Positions 20,508 through 30,272 of a DNA stretch of 64,000 nt are shown here, one piece after another; the stretch's first letter is position 1; every line of letters starts with the position of its first letter. The position numbers and the translations under genes are program-made. The DNA is taken from contig CBDCJV010000002.1 in assembly GCA_965217895.1 (NCBI GenBank), positions 4,000,001-4,064,000 on the forward strand, written 5' to 3'. The stretch is from Waterburya sp. Its GTDB lineage: Bacteria; Cyanobacteriota; Cyanobacteriia; Cyanobacteriales; Xenococcaceae. The notes below the pieces were generated by a model. It saw only the letters and a program-made list of their open reading frames with translations. It ran no database searches and was not told where the DNA came from.

Positions 20508-22553
20508 ATGGCGATAGATAAAGATCCAAAGAAATCAGGCTCAGATGCAACATCAAATGAATCTGACGCTAAAATTGACAGTGATAAGCCTCAATATCCT
20601 AATCAAGCTTTTAGTAAAGATAATAATCTCCAAAAAAATCTTTTAATTCCTGTGACTCCACAAACTTCTTCAATTGGCTCGGCTGCGGAACAACCAAAAT
20701 CAACTACAATCCGCAAACGAAAAAGACCTTGGTGGCAAATGTGGCAAATTTGGGGCTTGGTCTTAGTATTATGTTCTGGGGGGATAGGTTATGGAGCAAT
20801 GACAATGTTGCTAAAATTACCTAAAACTCAAAGCTGTTCCAAGGTATTTTGGCCGATCGCCTCTGCCTCAATTCGCCTTTATTGCGCTCAAACTGCCGCG
20901 GAACAGAAGAACGTTGAAGGCTTGTTGTCTGCCATCAATTTAGTGGCAGTTTTGCCAGAAAATCATCCCCTCAGACCTGAAATAAATCGCAATATCAACC
21001 GTTGGGCAACTTCTATTCTCGCTATCGGTGAAGAAGAATTTCAGGCAGGAAAATTAGACCAGGCGATCGCTACAGCGAAAAAAATTCCTAGCAAACTCTC
21101 AGCCAAAGAACTCGTAGACAAAAAAATTGCTACTTGGAAATCTATTTGGTCAGACGGGGAAGAAACCTACAGGCAGGTAGAAGACAAACTTCGCCAGGCT
21201 GATTGGAACGGAGCTTTTAGTGCTGCGGTACTTTTGACCGATAATCCTAATAAATATTGGGCAACTACCAAGTATGAAGAAAGCATCAATAATATTAATA
21301 TTGCTCAAGAAGAAAATGCTAGCTTAAATAAAGCCCAAGCTCAAATTAGCAGTGGTCAAATAGATGGTTTGATCTTGGCAATTGAGAAGGCAGCCGATAT
21401 TGACAATAAAAGCTATGCCTACGATCAGGCTCAAGAAATTATTGCCCAAGGAAAAGAAAAACTAGTAGCTATTATTGAACAGTCAATTGAAGATCGAGAT
21501 TGGCAACAGTTGCTACGGGTAACTAGCCGTGTTCCTCGTAGCCTTAAGCTACAAAAACGAGTCAAAGATTGGCAAATTTTGGCTAATGCAGGCTCTAGCG
21601 CGCAACTAGATACTGTGTTTGGCATTGAAGATGCAATCGAAGAAATAAAGAAATTAGGGAAGAAGAGCGAATACTACAGTTTAGGGCAAAAACTAACAAG
21701 CCGTTGGGAAAAAGAAATTGACGATGTACGCCACCTTTCTAAAGCTAGGGATTTTGCTAGAACTGGGACTATAGCCGATCTAAACAAGGCAATTACCGAG
21801 GCAAGGTTAATTCCTGATTCTAATCCTCGTGCTGGAGAAGCTAGTGAACAGATAAATCAATGGCGCAAACAAATTCAGACAATTGAAGATCAGCCAATTT
21901 TAAATCGTGCCAAAGAACTAGCTTACAATAATAATGTGAATGCCTGGACTAGAGCGATCGCCGAGGCTAGCCTAATTTCTAGCAACAGTCCTTTATATGA
22001 AGAAGCACAGAACAATATTCGCACCTGGCAGGCTAATATTCAACGTGTAAGAGACCAGCCCATTTTAGATGAAGCTGACGATTTTGCCTACAATGATAAC
22101 TATACTGCTGCGATTAGAACGGCTCAACAAATAAGTTCGGGCAGGGCGTTATATCCAGACGCTCAAAGCAAAATTGCCCGTTGGCAAGCAGAAATTGATG
22201 GAGAAAGATATTTAGAAGAAGCTAATGACCTAGCAGATCAGGATACACCAGAAGCTCTAGCAAGAGCAATCAGGGTAATAAGACAAGTCCCCAGGAGTAG
22301 CTCTTATGGGAATGAGGTAGTACCTAGCATTGAAGACTGGTCAGCAGAAATTCTCGACCAGGCTAGAGAAGCTTCTGATAACTCTCTAGAAGAAGCAATT
22401 GCGATCGCTCAACAAGTTCCTTCTGGTACGACTAGCTATTCTACTGCCCAAGGAGAAATTAAAATCTGGCGGATTAGACTTGCACCCGAACCAGTAGTTC
22501 CTCCTACTTTTAAATTAGATAAGCTTAAAAAAGACCGCGAAAGAGACAATTAG
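20508..22553 (+). CDS. Conserved cyanobacterial single-TM protein with helical repeats, function unknown
   Basis: TM helix near aa 80-100, CSKVFWPIASASIRLYCAQ motif, and repeated A-x-x-[IV]-[PS]-x-x-S-x-x-Y-x-x-A-Q-x-x-I-x-x-W units. Confidence 0.75.
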   Translation: MAIDKDPKKSGSDATSNESDAKIDSDKPQYPNQAFSKDNNLQKNLLIPVTPQTSSIGSAAEQPKSTTIRKRKRPWWQMWQIWGLVLVLCSGGIGYGAMTMLLKLPKTQSCSKVFWPIASASIRLYCAQTAAEQKNVEGLLSAINLVAVLPENHPLRPEINRNINRWATSILAIGEEEFQAGKLDQAIATAKKIPSKLSAKELVDKKIATWKSIWSDGEETYRQVEDKLRQADWNGAFSAAVLLTDNPNKYWATTKYEESINNINIAQEENASLNKAQAQISSGQIDGLILAIEKAADIDNKSYAYDQAQEIIAQGKEKLVAIIEQSIEDRDWQQLLRVTSRVPRSLKLQKRVKDWQILANAGSSAQLDTVFGIEDAIEEIKKLGKKSEYYSLGQKLTSRWEKEIDDVRHLSKARDFARTGTIADLNKAITEARLIPDSNPRAGEASEQINQWRKQIQTIEDQPILNRAKELAYNNNVNAWTRAIAEASLISSNSPLYEEAQNNIRTWQANIQRVRDQPILDEADDFAYNDNYTAAIRTAQQISSGRALYPDAQSKIARWQAEIDGERYLEEANDLADQDTPEALARAIRVIRQVPRSSSYGNEVVPSIEDWSAEILDQAREASDNSLEEAIAIAQQVPSGTTSYSTAQGEIKIWRIRLAPEPVVPPTFKLDKLKKDRERDN

Positions 22554-22611
22554 CTTCAGTACAGAAAATATCGTATACGTTGTGGCAATAATTGAGACAT
22601 AAAGCCAGGCT

Positions 22612-22650
22612 GAGAATCCAACGTCTTTTGAGCGTTGGAGAAGTTGACAA
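22612..22650. mobile_element. IS200/IS605-type terminal hairpin remnant
   Basis: GAGAATCCAACGTCTTTTGAGCGTTGGAGAAGTTGACAA resembles the AGAATCC-hairpin-GGAG...TCAA ends of cyanobacterial IS605-family elements. No tnpA or tnpB is adjacent. Confidence 0.5.
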
Positions 22651-22871
22651 TACCTATTTGTCTTGATCCCATAACTATTCTGTTTGCAGTTGACTGTAAA
22701 TAAATATACTATTGTGTATAGAAATAAATGTGTGATAGGTTACCATATTTCATACTAGTTAGAATTCAGTTATAGTAAATTTTTTGTGAGGTTTGGTTTT
22801 CAACTATACGTTAAGAATTCACTAGCTAAGATTTATTTATAACTTGGCAGAATTTTAGTCATTAGTATTTA

Positions 22872-23306
22872 ATGAAAGCGAACCCAGAAGTAAAACAATA
22901 TCACCTACAGGTCAAAACTGAGTTAGAAGCATTAAAAGACGTATTACAGTGGTTTGAAAATTTAGTTTTTCCTCTCGTACCACAAAAAATGGGATGGCAA
23001 TGTGAAGTGGCACTAGTAGAAGCTTTTACTAATGCAGTGCGTCATGCTCATCAAAACTTGCCTGAAGCAACTCCTATCGATTTGGAAGTAAAATTGCTTC
23101 CCAATGTTTTGGAAATGCGAATTTGGGATCGAGGACAGCCGTTCGATCTCCAAGCAAAGCTGCGTAAAGGCGAGCGAGAAGCTGGTTCTATGGAAAAAGA
23201 AGGCGGTAGAGGTTTACAGTTTATCAAGAAGTTGACCGATGAACTACAATACCTCAACCTGCCAAATCATCGCAACTGCTTAGTAATGCGTAAAAAATAT
23301 CTTTAA
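22872..23306 (+). CDS. Anti-sigma regulatory factor / RsbW-type ATP-binding protein
   Basis: EAFTNAVRHAH, IWDRGQPFD, EGGRGL (HATPase_c_2 motifs). Confidence 0.88.
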   Translation: MKANPEVKQYHLQVKTELEALKDVLQWFENLVFPLVPQKMGWQCEVALVEAFTNAVRHAHQNLPEATPIDLEVKLLPNVLEMRIWDRGQPFDLQAKLRKGEREAGSMEKEGGRGLQFIKKLTDELQYLNLPNHRNCLVMRKKYL

Positions 23307-23316
23307 TCTACTAGTT

Positions 23317-24207
23317 TTAGATTTCATCAAATGCTCGCTCAATTAAGCGTCGTGCAAGGGTTTGTGTACCTGTATGTTCGTAATAATTGGTAGATACATC
23401 AATAAAAGCTGCAACGTAGTCTAAATTATTGTCAGAAAATTCTAAAAATCCCTTCAAATTGTCCATTACTTTTTGGGGGTTTAAGTTTTTGCTGCTAACA
23501 AAATTTGCCATCCAGCCTTTTACTGAGTCAAAGCTTTCACCAATAAAGTCAAGCTTGCCTCTAGTATTTCCCCCAGGTATTGATTCTTCTACACCTTTAA
23601 AGGTAGAGTTCGATTCTAAATCTTGAGGACCAATTCCACTCAGAGTAGACTGAGCTTTAAGGAGAAAATCTGGACCTAAAGGCACTAAACCATCAACACA
23701 TACCAAAGTTGCCATCCGCATCAAAGATTCACCGCTATAGTCTTCTAATGCCCCTACAAAGTCGCCGATGCTATCTCCAGGAATACCGTTAATTTGACAG
23801 AAAGCTACTAATTCAACAACCAGTTTAATCGACAAATCTAAAGCCTGGGCTTTATTAGGATTAGGAGTAATTTTGCTGATTAAGCCTCCCACTAAAGGAA
23901 TTTTATTACCAACTTTATTAGCTAATGCTGCCGAACCCAATGCCTTGTCTGAACGATCAACGGTTTGATAAAGCCACATAGCGCGACGATAACCCTGAGA
24001 TTTATCATTATACAGATGTACAGCGCGATCGCCTATTTGTTGAATTAGATCTTCATCGCTTTCGCCTGTGACTTTACGAATTGTATTGACAAAGCCAACG
24101 GTATTTTCCCATTCACCAGGGACAATTGAATCTAAAGAACTCAGCATCATCGTCGTGACGTTTTTTTCTGGCAAATTATCTACCAGTTGAAAAATAGATT
24201 CACTCAC
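23317..24207 (-). CDS. Conserved cyanobacterial hypothetical protein
   Basis: 296-aa ORF with GTG start and AGGAG ribosome-binding site. Motifs FCQINGIPGDSIGDF and YYEHTGTQTLARRLIERA. Confidence 0.75.
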   Translation of the reverse strand: MSESIFQLVDNLPEKNVTTMMLSSLDSIVPGEWENTVGFVNTIRKVTGESDEDLIQQIGDRAVHLYNDKSQGYRRAMWLYQTVDRSDKALGSAALANKVGNKIPLVGGLISKITPNPNKAQALDLSIKLVVELVAFCQINGIPGDSIGDFVGALEDYSGESLMRMATLVCVDGLVPLGPDFLLKAQSTLSGIGPQDLESNSTFKGVEESIPGGNTRGKLDFIGESFDSVKGWMANFVSSKNLNPQKVMDNLKGFLEFSDNNLDYVAAFIDVSTNYYEHTGTQTLARRLIERAFDEI

Positions 24208-24270
24208 TTCTTGCTCCTTTATATAAAATTAATAGTCTTCGAGTTAATCAAATAGTGAAATATTAAAATA

Positions 24271-24774
24271 TCATTTCAGCTTTGATAATCCTCTTAAGTC
24301 AAATTTACCGAGCCATTTTTGGCGATCTCCTTGGGTGAAGCTAGAATCTTTAGAGCGAATCTTTACCTGATAGCGATCGCCTACTAAGATAGCTGTTCCC
24401 GTACTCCCTTGGCTGACGGAGGGAAAACCGTTTACCTGGCTATCAGTGTCTTTGAATTTATCGATTGTACTGGGATTGTTCAACGTATCAGAAATAGACA
24501 AAATAGCAATTTCTTTGCCATCTTTTTTTAATTTAGCTTGAGCAAAACCTTTCTTTTCCTGACTATATACTCGCTCGTATCCTGAGCCACCATCAGGAAA
24601 ATAGCGATTGAAGCTACCTCCAGACTGAGAGTCATTTACTACTGCCGTTGCACCTTTTTGGGTACTTTCGGTTTGCGCTCCATCAAAACGAGAAGGAGCT
24701 TGCTGAGTACAGGATGTTAGTAATAAACAGCCTGATAACAATAAAGTTACTAAGAATTTTCGTAAACTAATCAT
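24271..24774 (-). CDS. Putative lipoprotein, function unknown
   Basis: Lipobox-like LLTSC after a hydrophobic signal; PSRFD, FNRYFP, QEKKGFAQAKL. Confidence 0.75.
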   Translation of the reverse strand: MISLRKFLVTLLLSGCLLLTSCTQQAPSRFDGAQTESTQKGATAVVNDSQSGGSFNRYFPDGGSGYERVYSQEKKGFAQAKLKKDGKEIAILSISDTLNNPSTIDKFKDTDSQVNGFPSVSQGSTGTAILVGDRYQVKIRSKDSSFTQGDRQKWLGKFDLRGLSKLK

Positions 24775-25034
24775 TTTTAGCTTGTTTACATAAGTGATCT
24801 AGTTTTATTTTCTGACTTTTACCCATCATTTTTGTTGAATTTATTAAATCTTCAACTATAAGTTCTGTAAAATTGGGCTATTCAATACTAAAAATTGTCG
24901 GTGCAGTAATTGACAAGTCCCTAACTGTCCTAACTATTGTCAAGGAATCTTGAAAAAATCTCAGACTATTACATTACAATGTTTAGTTAGATAAGCAAAA
25001 ATACTATTTATCAAAACTGACAGTCTGTTTTTTT

Positions 25035-25640
25035 ATGCGCGATTACGAAGTTAGCCAAAGGCATCGCGTCATATCTTGGCTAAAAAAAAATGTATCCGAA
25101 CATCGTTTACAACATATTTTAGGGGTAGAACAAACCTGCATTTCTCTGGCGCGCTGCCATCAAGTAGATGAGCAGCAAGCAGCACAGGCTGGTTTAATGC
25201 ACGATTTAGCGAAGTTTTTTTCGCCCCGCAAACTTCTCAAACTAGCCACAGAAGCTAAGATTCCAGTGGATACAATATGTTTTAGCGATCCTCATTTACT
25301 GCACGCAGAGATAGGTGCGGTAGTTGCTAGGCAAGAATTTGGAGTTAAAGATTTAAAAGTTTTAGATGCTATTTGTAACCATACTTTAGGTACGCCACAG
25401 ATGAGCAGATTAAGCTGCGTTGTCTATATTGCCGATGCGCTTGAACCCAATCGGGGAGATAATCCAGAATTAGCAGCAATGCGTAACGTGGCTAAGGAAA
25501 ATCTTTACAAATGTGTACAGCAAACTAGTGATTATTCCCTAAAATATTTAGTAAGCAAGCAAAAAGTCATTCATCCTCGCACTATTTTAACTAGAAATTG
25601 GGCTTTCGCTAAGGCCAGAGAAAGTCCCCCCTCGATCTAA
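25035..25640 (+). CDS. yqeK: HD-domain Ap4A hydrolase YqeK
   Basis: RLQHILGV, GLMHDLAK, HLLHA, NHTLG, YIADALEP; lies next to rsfS. Confidence 0.9.
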   Translation: MRDYEVSQRHRVISWLKKNVSEHRLQHILGVEQTCISLARCHQVDEQQAAQAGLMHDLAKFFSPRKLLKLATEAKIPVDTICFSDPHLLHAEIGAVVARQEFGVKDLKVLDAICNHTLGTPQMSRLSCVVYIADALEPNRGDNPELAAMRNVAKENLYKCVQQTSDYSLKYLVSKQKVIHPRTILTRNWAFAKARESPPSI

Positions 25641-25706
25641 GCAACAAACCAAATTGATGAAGATTCCAACTAATACCCAACTTAGAAACCATAAAAATAT
25701 ATTTGA

Positions 25707-26123
25707 ATGAGTAAATTATCATCAGAACAAGCAATTAGCACTCAAGAAAATTTTTCCATTCCCTCAAATGTTGACAGCAAAGAGTTGGCTTGGCAAATAG
25801 CTATGGCTGCTGAAGACAAGAAAGCGCAGGATATTGTCCTCTTAAAAGTTGACGAAGTTTCCTATTTAGCTGATTATTTTGTGATCGTTACAGGATTTTC
25901 CCAAACCCAGCTAAAAGCGATCGCCGAATCTATTGAGGATCGCTTAGAAGAGCAGTTTAGTCGCCAACCTGTAAGAGTCTCAGGCAAGAGAGAGGGCAAC
26001 TGGATAGTACAAGACTATGGAGATGTAATTGCCCACGTTTTTCTTCCCGAAGACAGAGAATACTATAATTTAGAAGCCTTCTGGGGACACGCCGAACGTA
26101 TAGAATTTTCTCAGCCTAGTTAA
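25707..26123 (+). CDS. rsfS: Ribosome silencing factor
   Basis: DKKAQDI, ADYFVIVTG, WIVQDYGDVIAHVF, YYNLEAFW. Confidence 0.96.
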   Translation: MSKLSSEQAISTQENFSIPSNVDSKELAWQIAMAAEDKKAQDIVLLKVDEVSYLADYFVIVTGFSQTQLKAIAESIEDRLEEQFSRQPVRVSGKREGNWIVQDYGDVIAHVFLPEDREYYNLEAFWGHAERIEFSQPS

Positions 26124-26136
26124 ATATCTTTGTACC

Positions 26137-26640
26137 ATGAATAAATCCACGGTTAACTTCTGCCCTGTTCCGATTGAACAACAGCCAATTTATGAATACG
26201 AGCAGTTAAAAGCTTCCTGGTTATTTGACTGGGGAGTTTTGGCAATAGGTCAATATAGTCAGAAAATCGCCTGGGTGAGTTTTTGGAGCGGTATTTTTGC
26301 TACTACCTTAGCTATGTCTATCTTTTCTCCTCAAGAAGACCTACTTCAGTTTATACTCTCAAGCACAATTGGAATTTGTTTATTGACTGGACTATTTTTG
26401 TCGAGAATCTATCTAGGTTGGCATTACGTTAAAAATCGTCTCCACAGCGATCGCATTTTCTATGAAGAATCAGGGTGGTACGATGGGCAAACTTGGCTTA
26501 AACCTAGTAGTATGTTAGATCGCGATCGCTTAATTGTTAGTTATCAAATCGAGCCGATTTTAGATCGCCTACACAATACTTACGGTTTGCTAGCAGCGAT
26601 TACTACCCTAAGTGCTTTAGTTTGGTTAACTTGTGCCTAA
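26137..26640 (+). CDS. CGLD27 / Ycf36 (DUF1230) family membrane protein
   Basis: CPVPIEQQPIYEY, RIYLGW, YEESGWYDGQTWLKP, RDRLI. Confidence 0.9.
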   Translation: MNKSTVNFCPVPIEQQPIYEYEQLKASWLFDWGVLAIGQYSQKIAWVSFWSGIFATTLAMSIFSPQEDLLQFILSSTIGICLLTGLFLSRIYLGWHYVKNRLHSDRIFYEESGWYDGQTWLKPSSMLDRDRLIVSYQIEPILDRLHNTYGLLAAITTLSALVWLTCA

Positions 26641-26678
26641 GTTGATCGTGTCCATATTTTTTATTAATTCAATACCGA

Positions 26679-27632
26679 ATGAATAGGGGAAAAAGAACTC
26701 ATACACCGTTTTTAGAAGTCCATTTACTGCGCGAAGGCATTTTAGAATCATCCCATCATGTAGAAGCGACTGTTTGCGACAGTAAAGGACGTGTTTTATT
26801 GCTGGCGGGAGATTCTCAAACATCAACTTTCATTCGCTCTGCTTTAAAGCCTTTTCAAGCTTTGGCAGTTACCAGCACAGGAACTTTGCAAAAATATGGT
26901 TTGAGCGATCGCGATTTGGCGATTATGTGTAGCTCTCACCAAGGAAGAATTGAACAAGCAAGACAAGCATTTAATATTCTTTGGCAAGCCGATGTCGATC
27001 CTTCGGCGTTGAAATGCCCTATTCCTCCTGGAGGAAATAATCGTTTAGAATACAATTGTTCTGGTAAGCACGCAGGAGTTTTAGCCGTCTGCAAAAATCT
27101 TAATCTACCTCTGCATAGTTATCTAAAGCGATCGCATCGGGTTCAAAAAATTATCCTTGATAAGATCTCAGAATTGCTAGAAATGCCTGGAGATGAATTT
27201 ATCAGTGCGCAGGATGATTGTGGAATGATGACTTACTCGATGCAATTGCAGCAGATAGCTCATCTATATGCGCTTTTAGCAAACGGCAGCAGTATCGATT
27301 TAGAGCGTATTGCCCGCGCTATGACTTATCATCCCCGCATGATTGCTGGAGAGGGGGCATTTGATACTGAGTTAATGTGCTTGAGCGAAGGGGAGTTGGT
27401 TAGCAAGTCGGGAGCAGAAGGTATTCAGTGCGTTGGTCGAGTTGGTCAAGGGATGGGGTTAGCTATCAAAGTAAAAGATGGCGCAAAACGAGCTAAATAT
27501 GCCGTAGCAATTCATCTGTTAAGGCAAATGGGTTGGATTAGTCCCGCTATTGCTGAAAATTTATCTGATACTTTTATGCAGCTAACTCCTTTTAAACGCT
27601 TAGAAGCAGTTGGTGAGATGGCAATATTGTGA
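26679..27632 (+). CDS. L-asparaginase II family protein
   Basis: ESSH, RSALKPFQA, CSSHQG, NCSGKHAG, DDCG, SKSGAEG, KVKDG. Confidence 0.9.
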   Translation: MNRGKRTHTPFLEVHLLREGILESSHHVEATVCDSKGRVLLLAGDSQTSTFIRSALKPFQALAVTSTGTLQKYGLSDRDLAIMCSSHQGRIEQARQAFNILWQADVDPSALKCPIPPGGNNRLEYNCSGKHAGVLAVCKNLNLPLHSYLKRSHRVQKIILDKISELLEMPGDEFISAQDDCGMMTYSMQLQQIAHLYALLANGSSIDLERIARAMTYHPRMIAGEGAFDTELMCLSEGELVSKSGAEGIQCVGRVGQGMGLAIKVKDGAKRAKYAVAIHLLRQMGWISPAIAENLSDTFMQLTPFKRLEAVGEMAIL

Positions 27633-27663
27633 ATCATAGCGAGCATATTCAACAATCAACAAA

Positions 27664-28482
27664 ATGGCTGTAAAACTTAGGTTAATTGTTTTTAGTTTTT
27701 GTCGGGTTGCTATGGTAGTGTTGTTGGTGTTTTTGGCAGGGTGTTCTAATCGAGTTTCTCAAAATATCCACCTCAGATATGGCAATCCCAGTCAAGCTAA
27801 CAGCGATTTTAATAACTATTTGCTGGAAAAACCAGGATATGCTCTTGCCTATAGTTGTCAAGCAGGAAGAACAAATTGGGTTAGCTGGCAACTTGACCGA
27901 AGTTGGTTAGGTACAGTCGAGCGTTCAGATAATTTTCGTCCAGATGCAGATTTACCTCCTGATTGCTACGCAGTAAGACCAAATGATTATCGGGGTAGTG
28001 GTTACGATCGGGGACATCTTATTCCCAGTGGCGATCGCACTCGTCGTTTAGAAGATAATAGTGATACGTTTTTAATGACTAATATTATTCCCCAATCTCC
28101 TGCTAACAATCGAGAAGTATGGCGAGAATTAGAAGAATACTGTCGAGATTTGGTTTTTCAGGGTAATGAGCTTTATATCATCGCGGGAGGCAGTGGTATT
28201 GCCAAAAAGATTGCCCAGAGTAAAGTTACTGTGCCTAAATTTACCTGGAAGATTGTTTTAGTTTTAGAACAGCCAAACGCTGAAATTACAGCGGACAATT
28301 CCTATACTATTGCTGTTTGGATGCCCAATTCAGAACAGGTCAAGAATACCAACTGGAGAGATTATGTATCTTCTGTGGATGAAATAGAAAAGAAAACAGG
28401 CTATAACTTTTTTGCCGAGATATCCAAGCCAGTACAAAAGAGGATTGAAAAATCAATCTATAGTTATACAGGTCAAATGTAA
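27664..28482 (+). CDS. DNA/RNA non-specific endonuclease (NucA-like), probable lipoprotein
   Basis: Lipobox LAGC, NWVSWQL, GYDRGHLIPS (DRGH), TFLMTNIIPQ, NN..W..LE. Confidence 0.92.
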   Translation: MAVKLRLIVFSFCRVAMVVLLVFLAGCSNRVSQNIHLRYGNPSQANSDFNNYLLEKPGYALAYSCQAGRTNWVSWQLDRSWLGTVERSDNFRPDADLPPDCYAVRPNDYRGSGYDRGHLIPSGDRTRRLEDNSDTFLMTNIIPQSPANNREVWRELEEYCRDLVFQGNELYIIAGGSGIAKKIAQSKVTVPKFTWKIVLVLEQPNAEITADNSYTIAVWMPNSEQVKNTNWRDYVSSVDEIEKKTGYNFFAEISKPVQKRIEKSIYSYTGQM

Positions 28483-28496
28483 GCTGGAAAACTTTT

Positions 28497-28546
28497 CCAA
28501 CTAAAAAGCGATCGCCATATTCAAAAAGCGATCGCTTTTTAGTTGG
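28497..28546. terminator. 19-bp perfect inverted repeat built from two HIP1 sites; probable bidirectional terminator
   Basis: CCAACTAAAAAGCGATCGC-N12-GCGATCGCTTTTTAGTTGG between the convergent nuclease gene and petM. Confidence 0.7.
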
Positions 28547-28562
28547 CAACCTAAATAACTGA

Positions 28563-28676
28563 TTACTCTGTTTCTCCACCTTGGATCTTGAGAATGAGAA
28601 AACCCAAACTAAGTCCAACTAAAATCAAAATAATACATAAAATTGCTCCGTTAAACAACATACTTTCTGCGCTCAT
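28563..28676 (-). CDS. petM: Cytochrome b6-f complex subunit PetM (37 aa)
   Basis: Below the ORF track cutoff. Translates as [37 protein letters not shown], with an AGGAG ribosome-binding site upstream. Confidence 0.92.
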   Translation of the reverse strand: MSAESMLFNGAILCIILILVGLSLGFLILKIQGGETE

Positions 28677-28767
28677 ACTCGTTTCTCCTTTTTTCAGTCA
28701 CAATTAATAATAGGTATTTTAAATCATCAAGTCCCATCACCCGTAACTAATTATCTTAAATGCTCAA

Positions 28768-29799
28768 ATGTCTACAATTCCTTCTTTAGCTATAACTATG
28801 GGAGATCCTGCGGGGATTGGTCCTGAAATTATCCTTAAAGCTTTAGCAGATAATTCTTTAGCAACAAGATGTCAGACCATGGTTGTTGGCAATCGTCAAT
28901 TATTGCAGTTTACCTATGAACATTTATTAGAGCAAAGCCAATTAACCGAGCAAGATTTAGCCAATCCTCAAAGTTTATCAATAATAGATATTCCTCTGAA
29001 TGGGACAATAACACTAGGTGAGGGTGATGCTGTCAGCGGTGAATTTAGCTTTGCCTGTTTAGAAAAAGCGATCGCCTTAACCTTAGAAGATAAATTTCAA
29101 GGTATTGTCACCGCACCCATTGCCAAATCTCTTTGGAAAGCAGCGGGACACGAATATCCTGGTCAGACAGAAGTTTTGGCGCAAAGAGCAGGAGTAGATC
29201 GCTTTGGTATGCTGTTTGTAGGACGCTCTCCCCACACTGGCTGGATCTTACGCAGCTTGTTGGCAACTACTCATATTCCCTTAGCTGATGTACCGACAGC
29301 CTTAACACCGCAGCTTATGTCTCGTAAGCTAGATTTGCTAATTAAATCCTTGTCCCAGGATTTTGGTATTGAGCAACCACAAATTGCGATCGCGGGTTTA
29401 AATCCTCATAGTGGTGAAGCAGGACAGTTGGGTACAGAAGAACAAGACTGGCTCTTAGACTGGCTGCAAAAAGCCCAATCAACGCACCCTCAAGCAAAGC
29501 TGATCGGCTTAATCCCCCCCGATACCATGTGGGTAAAACCAGGACAGGCTTGGTACGGCAACCATGAGCAGCAACCTAACACTGCCGACGCTTATCTAGC
29601 TTTATATCACGACCAAGGCTTAATTCCTGTCAAGCTGATGGCATTCGAGCAGGCAATTAATACCACTATTGGGCTGCCTTTTATTCGTACATCCCCCGAT
29701 CACGGCACTGCCTTTGACATTGCAGGACAAGGGGTTGCCAGTGCTAGCAGCATGAAGGCTGCAATTGAACTAGCAATTCAAATTACCAAGCAACCGTAG
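28768..29799 (+). CDS. pdxA: 4-hydroxythreonine-4-phosphate dehydrogenase
   Basis: [47 protein letters not shown]. Confidence 0.96.
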   Translation: MSTIPSLAITMGDPAGIGPEIILKALADNSLATRCQTMVVGNRQLLQFTYEHLLEQSQLTEQDLANPQSLSIIDIPLNGTITLGEGDAVSGEFSFACLEKAIALTLEDKFQGIVTAPIAKSLWKAAGHEYPGQTEVLAQRAGVDRFGMLFVGRSPHTGWILRSLLATTHIPLADVPTALTPQLMSRKLDLLIKSLSQDFGIEQPQIAIAGLNPHSGEAGQLGTEEQDWLLDWLQKAQSTHPQAKLIGLIPPDTMWVKPGQAWYGNHEQQPNTADAYLALYHDQGLIPVKLMAFEQAINTTIGLPFIRTSPDHGTAFDIAGQGVASASSMKAAIELAIQITKQP

Positions 29800-29856
29800 G
29801 GTGGGCATGAAATAAAATTATGTTCGTTATAAAAATACGCTTAATTAATGCCCACC
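29796..29856. repeat. REP-like palindromic dispersed repeat (GTAGGGTGGGCA...TGCCCACC)
   Basis: A GTAG tetramer is followed by GGTGGGCA / TGCCCACC inverted arms. It overlaps the pdxA stop codon between convergent genes. Confidence 0.55.
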
Positions 29857-29873
29857 AAGCAATCAATAATCAA

Positions 29874-30272
29874 CTACTTATTAGATATCTTGGGGGCAGG
29901 TTTAGCGGGGCTTTTTCTTCTTTGAGTTTTTCCCTGGGATCTACCGCGACCGCCGCCGCCAAAATCGTCAGATTTAGGCGGTTCATCACTGTAGATATCT
30001 AAAAAGACTGATTCACCATGGGCTAAGGCTGAAGTTTGAATCGCGGTTCTGATAGCTTGAATAGTGCGACCACCACGACCAAAAACCTTACCGCGATCGC
30101 TTTTATCAAATGCAATTCGTAACCAAATCTTGCCATTACTCTTGTTTACTTCAGAGTGTACGCACAGGGTTTGAGGATTAGATAAAAAAGGTTCGATCAG
30201 AAAGCGAGCTAGTTTTTCATAATTGTTGCTAGTGGCTATCTGATCGCCAGACAATTCGGTCTTATTTGGCAT
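29874..30272 (-). CDS. khpA: KH-domain RNA-binding protein
   Basis: [17 protein letters not shown]; immediately downstream of rpsP. Confidence 0.9.
   Translation of the reverse strand: MPNKTELSGDQIATSNNYEKLARFLIEPFLSNPQTLCVHSEVNKSNGKIWLRIAFDKSDRGKVFGRGGRTIQAIRTAIQTSALAHGESVFLDIYSDEPPKSDDFGGGGRGRSQGKTQRRKSPAKPAPKISNK

Noticed and set aside
20508..22553. Possible 'chromosome segregation ATPase' label for the 681-aa helical protein
   Set aside because: No Walker A/B motifs are visible, and it has a TM helix and helical repeats instead.
22595..22610. AGACATAAAG resembling the 5' end of the sRNA NsiR4
   Set aside because: The match is only about 10 nt, the following sequence does not fit, and there is no clean NtcA GTA-N8-TAC site upstream.
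24911..24943. TTGACAA...TTGTCAA inverted repeat enclosing GTCCCTAACT/GTCCTAACT
   Set aside because: It may simply be back-to-back -35 elements of divergent promoters, and there is too little evidence for a distinct element.
28340..28618. 92-aa minus-strand ORF in the track
   Set aside because: It overlaps petM in another frame, the HIP1 hairpin and the nuclease 3' end. petM explains the region.
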